Assembly: GCA_000004985.1 (NCBI GenBank) | Contig: GG738867.1 | Origin: Naegleria gruberi | Lineage: Eukaryota | Length of the DNA: 64,000 nt | Direction: 5' to 3' (one strand) | Shown here: positions 34,028 through 44,067 of the stretch, one piece after another | How the letters are laid out: each line of letters opens with the position of its first letter | Position numbering within the stretch: position 1 is the stretch's first letter | Notes under the pieces: generated by a model | What the model saw: only the letters and a program-made list of their open reading frames with translations | What the model was told of the DNA's origin: nothing | Databases searched by the model: none | Program-made: the position numbers and the translations under genes

Positions 34028-35016
34028 ATGGATCTAAATAAGGTCAAAAAAATGCTTACACATTCTCTTCATAGATCTGCTTGTTTTCGCGGAGTGATGA
34101 AATCATCAGGTTATTCTTCTTCTTGTTTATTGATGAATGGATTCCGATCATCATCACCATCAGCAACAACAACATGTTTTAAAAACAATTTATTGAATAG
34201 TAGTACAACATTTGCCTCTCCGAAAGTTTCATCATTTAGTAGAGCCAATTTATTATATAAACCAATACAAAAGTCAGCAAGTAAATCATCATCAGCTGAG
34301 GAGGATGAAGAACCAAAGTTTTTACTTCATTTTGGTGGATTGACAATTCCTTTCGGAGAAAAGCCTGACAATATAGAGGTAGGTTTGGGTACCGAGTGTT
34401 AAATATTAATGTATTAATGGAATATTGTGTGGAATAATATTAGGATTTGAGAGATTTTGTTGCACAAGGTTTATCAATTAAAAAGAATAGAGATTGTATC
34501 AGATTTTTTGAAATTAATGAAGGAAAATTCAAGGAACAATTATCTGGACTTGTTAAAGTTAAAAAGGAAGTTACTGATATGAAGAATTTTAATGGAGTTT
34601 CATTACAAGCAGTGTTAAAAATTAGAGTTCATCCTTACTCATTCCTCCAACTTCAGGAACCATTTACTCTCTATCTTCATGATATGAAATCATCAGATGA
34701 TCTTGCTACAGCTCTTCATACCTACACTAGAAAGTACAAGTACAGCTATGTGGATAAGATTTCAGCTCCAGCAGATCCTACAACTCCAACACCGGCAGCC
34801 CCAACCACAACAGAAGGTCAACAACCAGCAAGTGCTCAACCTAAACCTCCAACTAAGCAAGTTGATGTAAAGAAACAAACCATTCTCCAACTCATTGATG
34901 AGGGTAAGGATTTACAATTTGTTGTGAGGACCACTAGAAAAGCTCACATTTATAGAGCTACTCAATTTGGTACATGCTTAATGGTTTGTCTTTGCTTCTA
35001 CTTGTTCGTTCTTTAA
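34028..35016 (+). CDS. Hypothetical protein with N-terminal mitochondrial-presequence-like region and C-terminal TM helix; exons 34028..34378 and 34444..35016
   Basis: GTAGGT donor at 34379 and TAG acceptor at 34443 (65-nt intron, phase 0). The N-terminus MLTHSLHRSACFRGVMKSSG is Arg/Ser-rich and amphipathic. The middle has a Pro/Thr/Ala-rich linker. The C-terminal hydrophobic tail is TCLMVCLCFYLFVL. Confidence 0.5.
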
Positions 35017-35069
35017 ATGAAATTTTTAGTTGTTTATTTGATTTTTTTAGTGATTTTTTGATTTTTTAA

Positions 35070-38000
35070 CTAAACCCAGTTGGTCTGTCTTCCTAAAGTA
35101 TAAATGTCTTGAAGAGTGGATGTAAAGGTATTTTTTTGTTTGAGTTCTAGGTACTTCTTGTAGAGTCTTAATGCAGTTCTGGCATCCTCTATACTGTCGT
35201 GCGTATCTTGTTGAATATCTTGATTCAATAAATATTTACAAAGGAATCTCAAAGAAATCTTTCTTTGATTTGGTAATCTATATAATTCTACAGTGTCAAT
35301 TATTTGTTCCTTAGGTACGAAAATGTTAATAATCTTAAAATCGTTTGGCAAGCCATGACCGATAAATTTAACCTTCTTCACATCAAGTAAATATCTCAAC
35401 TTGAGGTAGGTATTCTTAATATCAGTAACATGGTGGGTATTAGACTTGTTATTAATATCCAAGTCTCCAGCCTTCAATCCAGAGAATCGTGTCATGTAAT
35501 CTCCAATACGTTTCTCAGCAGTTGAAATGTAATCGTCAATGAGTATCTCCTCATTGAATGTAATAATACTGACTCTACCCAAACCAAAACGTTGTCCATC
35601 ATCAATTTGATCTTCCTTTCTTGTTCTAACAAATTCAGCATCAATAGATACAATATCACCACTAAAGTTTACAATAGTTTTGAATTCGTCATTGTTGAAT
35701 AGGGAGGTATTTTCAGAGATTGGATTTACAGGGTTTACAGTTGGTAGGACGTTCTGAATATCTTGTCTCACGTAGAAAAGTAATGCTGGTGTCTTCCAAG
35801 TTTGACTGTAGATAGTAACATCCTTTTCTTTCTGTGGACTGATGGAAAAATCGTTGAAGAGAACCCAATCATTTGCAATCTTGATGAGAGCTACACAGTG
35901 ACCATCAAAATTCTTTGAGAGAGAAATATTTTCATTTTCTTCCTCACATTCATCTTCTTCATTTTCATTCTCATTTTCAATATTTTCGTAATCTTCCTTG
36001 TTGGCACTTTCAATAATTTTGGTTGTTTGAGTTTTTGGAGCAGTTGACTTTTCTTGGAATGGATGTTTAACTTGGATAATAACAGCAGCCAAATTATAGG
36101 TGATGGACATTGGAGGTTTTCTCTTCTGCTTGGTATAGACCTCGGCAGGTTGAATGTTGTGAATTGACTCTTGTAATTGCTTTTGCTTTTCGTCATTATA
36201 GATAAATGGCTCCCATTGATTCTTATCAGTACCGTGAATAATTGTAAAGTGGAGAGGTATGGTGGTATTTGTCAATTCATTTACAGTATGTTGTGTTCTT
36301 ATCCATCTAATGTCTTCTTCTCTTGCTGGTACAGTGAAGTTGAAAATATTAGGCAATGTCAACAAGCTTCCAGAGCTATTGTTGAGATAATCTTTCAACA
36401 TGACTTCAAAGTTGTCGTATGGATATTGTGGATTGACGCTCTTGAGCTTGTTATCAAAGTTAGTATCAACAGTTTTTTGAGTTTGAACTTCAGAACCAAA
36501 GAGAATGTCTACCATTGTTCTTTGTCTTCTCTTGTTTTGCTTCTTCAAGAGTTGAATGTTACTATTGTTGGTTGCTATAACTTGTTTCTTATTGTTTGGT
36601 GTGCTTCTCAAAAAATTGTAATTTGGTGAAGCAAAGATATATGGATAGGTCATGGAATAACTAAAGGTGGATGCTGATAAAAATTCCTTGTGAAGTTGTT
36701 TGATAATGTATGAGTGGAACTTTTGGATTGTTTCTATACAGGAAATTTTGCTACTCTTTTCATTCAAAAAGGTAAGTTCGAGATTTTGAATAGTTCTATA
36801 CAAGTTGGTAGCTTCTACTGCCTTCTTTTCAGTCTTTTCTGCTTGTTCAATCATGGTGAACAGGAAGCCAAGTTCTGAGGCAATACAGTTAGTCTTCTCA
36901 GATAGATGGTTCATGAGGCACACTCTCAATTGGGGAACAATGTGGTAGAGCACTTGGACGTAGGCATTAAAGATGGATGCTATTTCTAGGCCATTTTCTA
37001 ATCCAACAAATTTAGTGTCGTTATATTTTGAATAGTCAAATTCTTGGAAACGAAGTCTATTGTTGTGTTTAGCAACGTTCAAAGAGAACTCCTTTGGAAT
37101 GACACGCAAAACTCTTGAAAGTTTCTTCTTTGATTTGACATTGTCTTGTGCAAAATCTTTAAATGTTCTTCTTTCTAAATAGCCATCAATGACACGTTTT
37201 AGACCTGGGTTAATACTGGTTCCATAACTAATTTTAGAGTTGGGAGGGTTCTTATATTGAAGATTTTCTAAAATTTGGGGATGTATCTCAAGTGGATGTT
37301 GTCCAACCATGTAGGAATAATTTGGCCAATCAGACAACAGGGATGATCCATCATTTGTAACTTCTTCATCGTCAACGAGTTTGTGTAAATTCAATGGCTT
37401 GAAATCGTCATCGAAAGAAGATTGGTTTTGTGTTGAATAAAAGTGAAGAGTATTGGATGTATCTGCAAATGTCAATACATTTCCTGTTGTGCTAATATCA
37501 AATGATTGAATACCATTAGAATTATCTTGGTCAAATATTTGATAGAGGTTACCATCAGAATTTTGGTATCTATGATCAAATGAAGCTTGTAAATCTTTGA
37601 ATTGGAAATAACCTGTTTGAGATACCATCATTAAGAGTGAGTTGACTCTTGGATGGAATCCCAAAAATGTTGGATCAAGTTGGAAGTGAACTTGACCAAG
37701 CATTCTCAAAGTTCTAAGATCGTATGCTTTTACCATATTGTCAACACTTAGCTCACCATATCTATTGTTAAAACCACAAGTGACCAAGACATTATCTTTG
37801 ATGGCAATATCATTAATGGTACCTGTGTGGACTTCAAAAGAGTGTTCACTCTTGAGTGTTCTTGGATCTCTCAAGGACAATTCTCCCAAAGTACCACCAC
37901 AGCATACATATCTTCCTCCAGTTTTCATTACACAAATACCTTGATTGGTTTCTACTTGGAGACCCATCTTTTGAGCATTTAAATCAAAACTAAAGAGCTT

Positions 38001-38633
38001 GGTGAAATTACCTCCCATGATGAGAGAGTATTGTGATCTACTGCCAGATGATGAATTTCCTGGTGTGTGATCTGAATTGAATGCACATGACAATAATTGT
38101 TCACCAAATAGTTTAGAATCTTCATAGCTGTATCTGTATAGACCACCTCTTGTATGAACAGCAAAACCATTTGAACACAATGAATAAATTCTCTCCTTTT
38201 GAACGATCAATTGTTTGACATCGTAATTGGGTTCAAATGCTCTGAAGGAACAATACTTTTCCATGTTTGGATAATAGTAACCTGTGATTCTACCGTTTGA
38301 TGATCCTGTCCAAATGCACTCATCATAATTGTCTGTTACAACAACACGATTATCGTCTGGAGTGTCTACAGATGGCAGTTGACACCAATCTCCACTATTT
38401 GATTGTCTAGTATTTGAATAAAAATCATCGTTTGAATATCCATAACCATAGTTTACCATTTGACGTTGATAATTCTGTTGTTGTTGATAATAATATGGAG
38501 ATGATTGTTGCTTTCCTAGAGATGGTGATCGTTGTGGAGATCCACCACCTTGGTAATTATTCTTTCTTCCATTGTTTCCATATGAAGAACCTCTATAATT
38601 TGATTGTTGTGGTGAATATTGATTATAATACAT
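35070..38633 (-). CDS. PAN2: PAN2 (poly(A)-specific ribonuclease subunit of the PAN2-PAN3 deadenylase)
   Basis: 1187-aa uninterrupted ORF with the PAN2 architecture: N-terminal WD40-like region; central inactive UCH-like region; C-terminal DEDD exonuclease (IVSIDAEFV...; ...HDSIEDARTALRLYKKYLELK). Gln/Tyr-rich low-complexity N-terminal extension. Confidence 0.85.
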   Translation of the reverse strand: MYYNQYSPQQSNYRGSSYGNNGRKNNYQGGGSPQRSPSLGKQQSSPYYYQQQQNYQRQMVNYGYGYSNDDFYSNTRQSNSGDWCQLPSVDTPDDNRVVVTDNYDECIWTGSSNGRITGYYYPNMEKYCSFRAFEPNYDVKQLIVQKERIYSLCSNGFAVHTRGGLYRYSYEDSKLFGEQLLSCAFNSDHTPGNSSSGSRSQYSLIMGGNFTKLFSFDLNAQKMGLQVETNQGICVMKTGGRYVCCGGTLGELSLRDPRTLKSEHSFEVHTGTINDIAIKDNVLVTCGFNNRYGELSVDNMVKAYDLRTLRMLGQVHFQLDPTFLGFHPRVNSLLMMVSQTGYFQFKDLQASFDHRYQNSDGNLYQIFDQDNSNGIQSFDISTTGNVLTFADTSNTLHFYSTQNQSSFDDDFKPLNLHKLVDDEEVTNDGSSLLSDWPNYSYMVGQHPLEIHPQILENLQYKNPPNSKISYGTSINPGLKRVIDGYLERRTFKDFAQDNVKSKKKLSRVLRVIPKEFSLNVAKHNNRLRFQEFDYSKYNDTKFVGLENGLEIASIFNAYVQVLYHIVPQLRVCLMNHLSEKTNCIASELGFLFTMIEQAEKTEKKAVEATNLYRTIQNLELTFLNEKSSKISCIETIQKFHSYIIKQLHKEFLSASTFSYSMTYPYIFASPNYNFLRSTPNNKKQVIATNNSNIQLLKKQNKRRQRTMVDILFGSEVQTQKTVDTNFDNKLKSVNPQYPYDNFEVMLKDYLNNSSGSLLTLPNIFNFTVPAREEDIRWIRTQHTVNELTNTTIPLHFTIIHGTDKNQWEPFIYNDEKQKQLQESIHNIQPAEVYTKQKRKPPMSITYNLAAVIIQVKHPFQEKSTAPKTQTTKIIESANKEDYENIENENENEEDECEEENENISLSKNFDGHCVALIKIANDWVLFNDFSISPQKEKDVTIYSQTWKTPALLFYVRQDIQNVLPTVNPVNPISENTSLFNNDEFKTIVNFSGDIVSIDAEFVRTRKEDQIDDGQRFGLGRVSIITFNEEILIDDYISTAEKRIGDYMTRFSGLKAGDLDINNKSNTHHVTDIKNTYLKLRYLLDVKKVKFIGHGLPNDFKIINIFVPKEQIIDTVELYRLPNQRKISLRFLCKYLLNQDIQQDTHDSIEDARTALRLYKKYLELKQKNTFTSTLQDIYTLGRQTNWV

Positions 38634-39408
38634 AGTGTTATGTTGTTAATGATGAAATTCTATACAATAATATTCACAAATTAATAATGTATTCTAATGA
38701 TGCAAAATATCTCTGATCCGACTGTTATTTCACTTTTTAGAGTTATTATTATTGTTGTTGTTGCTAGATGATGAATATTGATTATTAAATAATAATTAAT
38801 TGATGATGATCGTGTGATGATCACCCGATGAAAAATTGCAACGAATCAATTGCACAATAAATAAGTTCTTTAGATCTCAAAGTTCATACTATCACCACAT
38901 AGGTGTGTTAATATTTGAACAAGGAAACCTAGTAGTGGAAGAGAACACAACAAGAACGCGATCACTACTTGTGTTGTTGTTGCTTGTTGATCAACGTTGT
39001 GATGAATTTTTTATTGATTGAAAAGCTTGGAAATTTGATTTGGCGCCAAAAATCAAATCGTTAAAAAAAAAGACTTGAACAATTTCTTGTGTTCGATAAT
39101 TATTGGAAAAGAAGGAGGAGCATATGCTATAATTTGTTATTATTGGAAAATAGCCTGTCAATTTGCCATTTAATTAAAGGTTTCCGATGTAGATTAATTC
39201 AAATGACATTATTTCAAATAAGGAGGATGTGTCTTTTCATCTCCATCATTGCTTATCATCATTAGGAAACAACAATCTCAGAAGAAAAAGAAAAAACTGA
39301 GCGAATTAGTGGTTTTAGTTAACAAGCTGAATATTTCTTCTACATTCCATCATCAATAATATTATTATTATTACATATAATAATCTATCATTGAAACATT
39401 AAACAACG

Positions 39409-42103
39409 ATGAGCAAAAAGATAGTGCCCATTTTGAGTCTGTATGAGCCTACTATATCAGATTCCGATCAGGTGTTAGCTTCAGGTCGATCAGCTCGTTA
39501 CCAAGGAAAACTCCAATTACATTCATCTACTGCATCCATCTACAAAACACCTTCATTAGCTCATATGACAACCACGGCTAGTATTAGATCTTCCGTAACT
39601 GATTTAGTCAAGTTCAATAGGCTCTCTCCTCATTTAAAACCTGAAGAGGAAGGGAAAGAGGAAAGAGTTTCCAAGTTTTTCTTATCAATCAAGTTTTTCC
39701 TGATTTTAATTATTTGTGGAATTGTAATTATGAGCTCTGTAGTTTTATCATCGACATGGATTGGAGCTTTATTGCCCTCAATCTGGGGGTTGAGTAATAG
39801 TGTAAAGGACAAACAAGTATTTGAGATAGTGAATAATATCAAAGAAACCATACAGGAGGTGCTGATCGTTTCTTCAGCAACAAAAAGTCAATTAGTTCAT
39901 TCACTGAATTATACAGACAGAGCTTGGATAGAAAAGCACATGTATACCATCTACAAATCTGAGTTGGATTTTCACAAGGATTTAATGATTACAACATACA
40001 TTGGAGATAATTTGGGAACTTGTTATGGAATAATAACATGGGATTCAAAAGTAGCCTTAGTGCACACCAACCTGAATGATCAGCAGTTATATTTTTGTGA
40101 GGATGTTGTAACATATGATTATTGTAAACGCAATTCAAAACCTGATATTACTTTAGGCAAATTTGAAATGTCAGAAATAGTTGAAACTGCAAACCTTTAT
40201 GCAGGATTTCCAGCATTTACACTGAGCTATGCAGATCGTACAATGCCTCAGTATGTGTTTATTAGTTTGATTAATAGTTGGAAAAGAGCTGCTCCTGTGA
40301 ATGGAACCAATTTTGACTATTATTTTGGATATGATATCAGTGTTGCAACCTTAACAACTCATGTTGAAAAGATTTTGGATCGTTCATATGGGGATAGATT
40401 TGCAATTGTAGAAACTGCTACTAATTACGTTATAGCAATGGATCACACAACACAATTTCTTTCTTGGGATTCGGATCGTTATACTCGAATGAGTATAAAT
40501 TCAGTCCAAGACACACAAATGAAATACATCTTCTCACAGATTAGTGGTGACTACTCATCAATGAAGACTGTCAAATGTAATAATCAAGAGTATCTGTCTA
40601 AGGGTGGATATTTCATAGCTCTTCATCGTTACTGTACTGGAAATAACATTGATTGGATGATTGTCTATACAGGTTTGTTTTAATAGATTGAATTGAAAAT
40701 AACACAAATTCTTCAGTTCCTGAATGGAATTTTACTGGAAGTTTTATTGTTGGCATGTTATCAGCTTTAACTGGAACAGTATTGATAATGATTGTAAGCG
40801 CAATTGTTGGAATTATTGTTTCATATAGAATTGTGAGACCATTCAATAACCTTATTGAACTATTTGAGAGTGTTTCTCATATGGATTTAGACAGATTGAC
40901 CGTTTCGAAAACCTACTTTTCAGAAGTTGTTAAACTCCAGAAAAACTTTTTATTTATGGTGAATAGAATTAGAAGTTACAAAAGCTTCATTCCTCCTCAC
41001 TTGATCAGCCAAATAGAGAATGGAGGAATGGAAATTCCCGAAGTTGAAGATCCAAGCACTTCACGGCAGCAAAGTGAGGGATATAATTCGAACAATTCTC
41101 TATCAAGTACTGGAAGTTTACGGAAAACTACTCTTGCGAAGAGTGGAAAGAAGAAGTATATTGCTTCAAAAACAATGTTCTCTCTACACTTGGAAATAAG
41201 GCAGGTTACAATCGTTACCATATTAATGGAAGGACTCAATGAAATGTTGAATGAAGCAAATGCTAAAGAGGTTGTGAATTTGTTGAGTGATGTATTTCTG
41301 GAGATTAGTACTGCCGTAAAACCAAAAGGAGGTCAACTAATTGGAACTGATAATGACATGTTTACCATTTCATTTAATGCTTCGACTGATCTTTCAAGGC
41401 ATGAAGAAAAAGCTCTTTCAGCATCTCAATTATTGAGAGACAAGTTATCGAAGCTAAAATCAATCAAATGGAAAAATTTGGAATATTGGAAGAAACATAG
41501 TTTCTTTTTGGATAAAGTCGTTTTCAGAACAGCTATCCTTTGCCAACAATCTCAAACTGGAAATATTGGTACCTCTGACTCAAAAACTTTTACAATTATT
41601 GGAAGTTTCAAATATAATGCTGATGCTTTGCTTGAGGTTGCCCAACGTTTAGATTTGGATGTGGTTGTCACTGAAAGATTATACTCTCAATTTTCCCATT
41701 TGTACTATATGAGATTTGTAGACAGTGTCGACTTGGCAAACGACTCCATGTACACCTCACCAAAGTTTAAAGAGGATAATATCTATGTTGGGAATGTGTT
41801 TGAAGTTGGTGACTTGTGTGAAACAAAAGCAGATGGTAAGTTTTCTAATTTCATTTTAATTAATTGTTATTTCTGATTTTAGAATGGATGTACGAATTGG
41901 AGGAACAAGGAAAGAAAGAAAAATGGAAAATCTACAATAAGGCTTGTGATTTATTCTTTGAAATGGTACATACAGAAGCTATAGAGCTATTTGAAGAATT
42001 CCTTCATCAACACAACCAAACAGCTTCTACCATTGATAAACCAGCTCATCATCTTATCAACGTATGTAGATCACAAATGGAAGAAGAAGAAAAAAGAGAG
42101 TAA
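39409..42103 (+). CDS. Receptor-type class III nucleotidyl cyclase-like protein (TM - extracellular sensor region - TM - HAMP-like - cyclase-homology domain); exons 39409..40672, 40717..41835, 41883..42103
   Basis: GTTTGT donor at 40673 with CAG acceptor at 40716, and GTAAGT donor at 41836 with TAG acceptor at 41882; both are phase 1 and restore the frame. TM1 is FFLILIICGIVIMSSVVLSS. About 300 aa lie between the TMs. TM2 is GSFIVGMLSALTGTVLIMIVSAIVGIIV, followed by a HAMP-like VRPFNNLIELFESVSHMDLDRL. The cyclase-homology region is VTIVTILMEGLNEMLNEANAKEVVNLLSDVFLEISTAVKPKGGQLIGTDNDMF..., in which the first metal-binding Asp of the FADIVGFT motif appears to be replaced. Confidence 0.55.
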
Positions 42104-42554
42104 TAGACTGGCTCAATTAATAACCAACACTGCCAATGGCTCGTTAAATTATAAAATACCTTACAGTGTATGTAGAGTTTTGGAAATTTAATAGATTCAA
42201 ATTCAGATATTTGATAAGATGACCCTAAAGATGTCCCACACCACAATTAAAATTTGAAGTTTACTCAAACAATAGAAGAGCGATGGATTCAGTTTGAATC
42301 ATCATACCGATGCCTGTGTGGTTAGTTGGGACTCTCAACTACAGCGCTGTTACGGAGATATCCTTGTTATGTATTTCACCACACACAAGATGAACCTTAT
42401 CAGAGGTACCTTATCGACCCATGTAACACACCCAAAAAACACACTTTCAACTCACGTTCCAAAATGATTGCAATGCAACTTGCCATAGTCACTATTTAAA
42501 TCACCGGAGCAGAGAGCACCATTCTTTCACAACAGCAACAATATCTCTAAAAAA

Positions 42555-44018
42555 ATGTTTCAAGAAGAACACCACCAACACCAGTTCGGTAAATTGCTTA
42601 TTGGTAGCATGCTGCTATTGATGTGTTGCTGCTGTGTGATGATGGGTGAGGTTAGTGCAACACTTGAGGTTACGAGGGCTGAGAAACAAGCAGTTACATC
42701 TAAGGGAATTTTGCAAATTCAAGCAATTTCTAGACACTGTGATAGATTGCCAGTTTCAGAGTTGAATATTCCTAATGATCCGATTGATTTTGAAAAGATT
42801 TCCAAGTTGAAATTGGGTGAGTTAACTGGTTTGGGACAATATCAATGCAATCAAATGGGTAATAACCTGTACAATAGATACATCAGTGAACAATCATTGA
42901 ATAGAGTTAGAGGTATTTCAACACAATATGTATCAAGTGATTATTCATTTAGATCAACAGATTTAGATAGAACATTGATGAGCATGTGGTCTGTTTCAAT
43001 GGGTTTATTCAAGCAAGGAACTGGAAATACACCAATTGTTAATTTTATGAATGTAAATGATTTGGAAGGTAATTCAATGTTTTCACTTCCAAATGGTACT
43101 CAAGCAGTTCCTGTTCACACAGTTCCACAAGAGTCGGATTCAGTCTTGATTGGATATCAATTTTGTAACAGCGTAATGAAAAGAATGCATGCGGTGAATA
43201 CTCAATCAGCTATTGAATATTTCAATAAGAATCGTCAATTAATTAATGAATTGTTCAAGGTTACTGGATGGGATGCCTCTAAGGGTGATTTATCTTTGGC
43301 AACACTTGTTGATGTTTTAACAGTTCAAAAATCTCACAATTTACTTTCTCTCCAATGGGTTCATGAACATTGGGATGAGATTTGTGCATTGAGAGATGGA
43401 TATTTGAAATTAATTTATACCTATCCAGTATTTGGAAGAGAAGGAAGTAGTGATCTTGTTACATTGATGAATTACAATGTTGCTCAGACCAAAGTCAAGT
43501 ATTATCACTACTCGGCTCATGACACTACTCTGCAAGCACTTGCTGCCAGTTTGAAATTAACTGCTGATTATCCTTATTTGGCCAATCAACCAGGTTATGG
43601 ATCATTCATGGTTATGGAATTACATGAAATGAGTGATGGATCTAAGGCTGTCAGATTTGTTCATGCCAAGCAATTTAATGATACTTCATTCACTCCTCTC
43701 ACAATGACCTCATTGGGTTGCAAGAGTGAATATTGTCCATTAGAACAATTTTCTGAGCTAGTTAGTGAATATTCAATGGTCCCTTCTGATTCAACATGGT
43801 GTATGGAATGTAAAAATTCAAATAGAGATTTGTGTGCTAGCGAATTTATTCAAACCTACCAAGAATCCAATAAGGCATTGATGATTACCACTCCAATTCT
43901 TGCCTTTACTAATCTTTGCACCATTTTTATCATGATTGCAGTAATTGCTTGTTGCATTAGAAAGAATAGAAAACTAGCAAACCAACAACAAGATGCCATG
44001 TATCATGGAATGAAATAA
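42555..44018 (+). CDS. Histidine acid phosphatase (branch-2, lysosomal/prostatic acid phosphatase-like) with signal peptide and C-terminal TM anchor
   Basis: N-terminal hydrophobic leader; RHCDRLP (a variant of the RHGxRxP catalytic motif) and a downstream HD motif (YSAHDTTLQAL); C-terminal TM helix ILAFTNLCTIFIMIAVIACCI followed by a basic tail. Confidence 0.7.
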   Translation: MFQEEHHQHQFGKLLIGSMLLLMCCCCVMMGEVSATLEVTRAEKQAVTSKGILQIQAISRHCDRLPVSELNIPNDPIDFEKISKLKLGELTGLGQYQCNQMGNNLYNRYISEQSLNRVRGISTQYVSSDYSFRSTDLDRTLMSMWSVSMGLFKQGTGNTPIVNFMNVNDLEGNSMFSLPNGTQAVPVHTVPQESDSVLIGYQFCNSVMKRMHAVNTQSAIEYFNKNRQLINELFKVTGWDASKGDLSLATLVDVLTVQKSHNLLSLQWVHEHWDEICALRDGYLKLIYTYPVFGREGSSDLVTLMNYNVAQTKVKYYHYSAHDTTLQALAASLKLTADYPYLANQPGYGSFMVMELHEMSDGSKAVRFVHAKQFNDTSFTPLTMTSLGCKSEYCPLEQFSELVSEYSMVPSDSTWCMECKNSNRDLCASEFIQTYQESNKALMITTPILAFTNLCTIFIMIAVIACCIRKNRKLANQQQDAMYHGMK

Positions 44019-44067
44019 ATCAATATTAAAAAACAAGATTGATGTAGATTTATCTATACAAAGAGAT

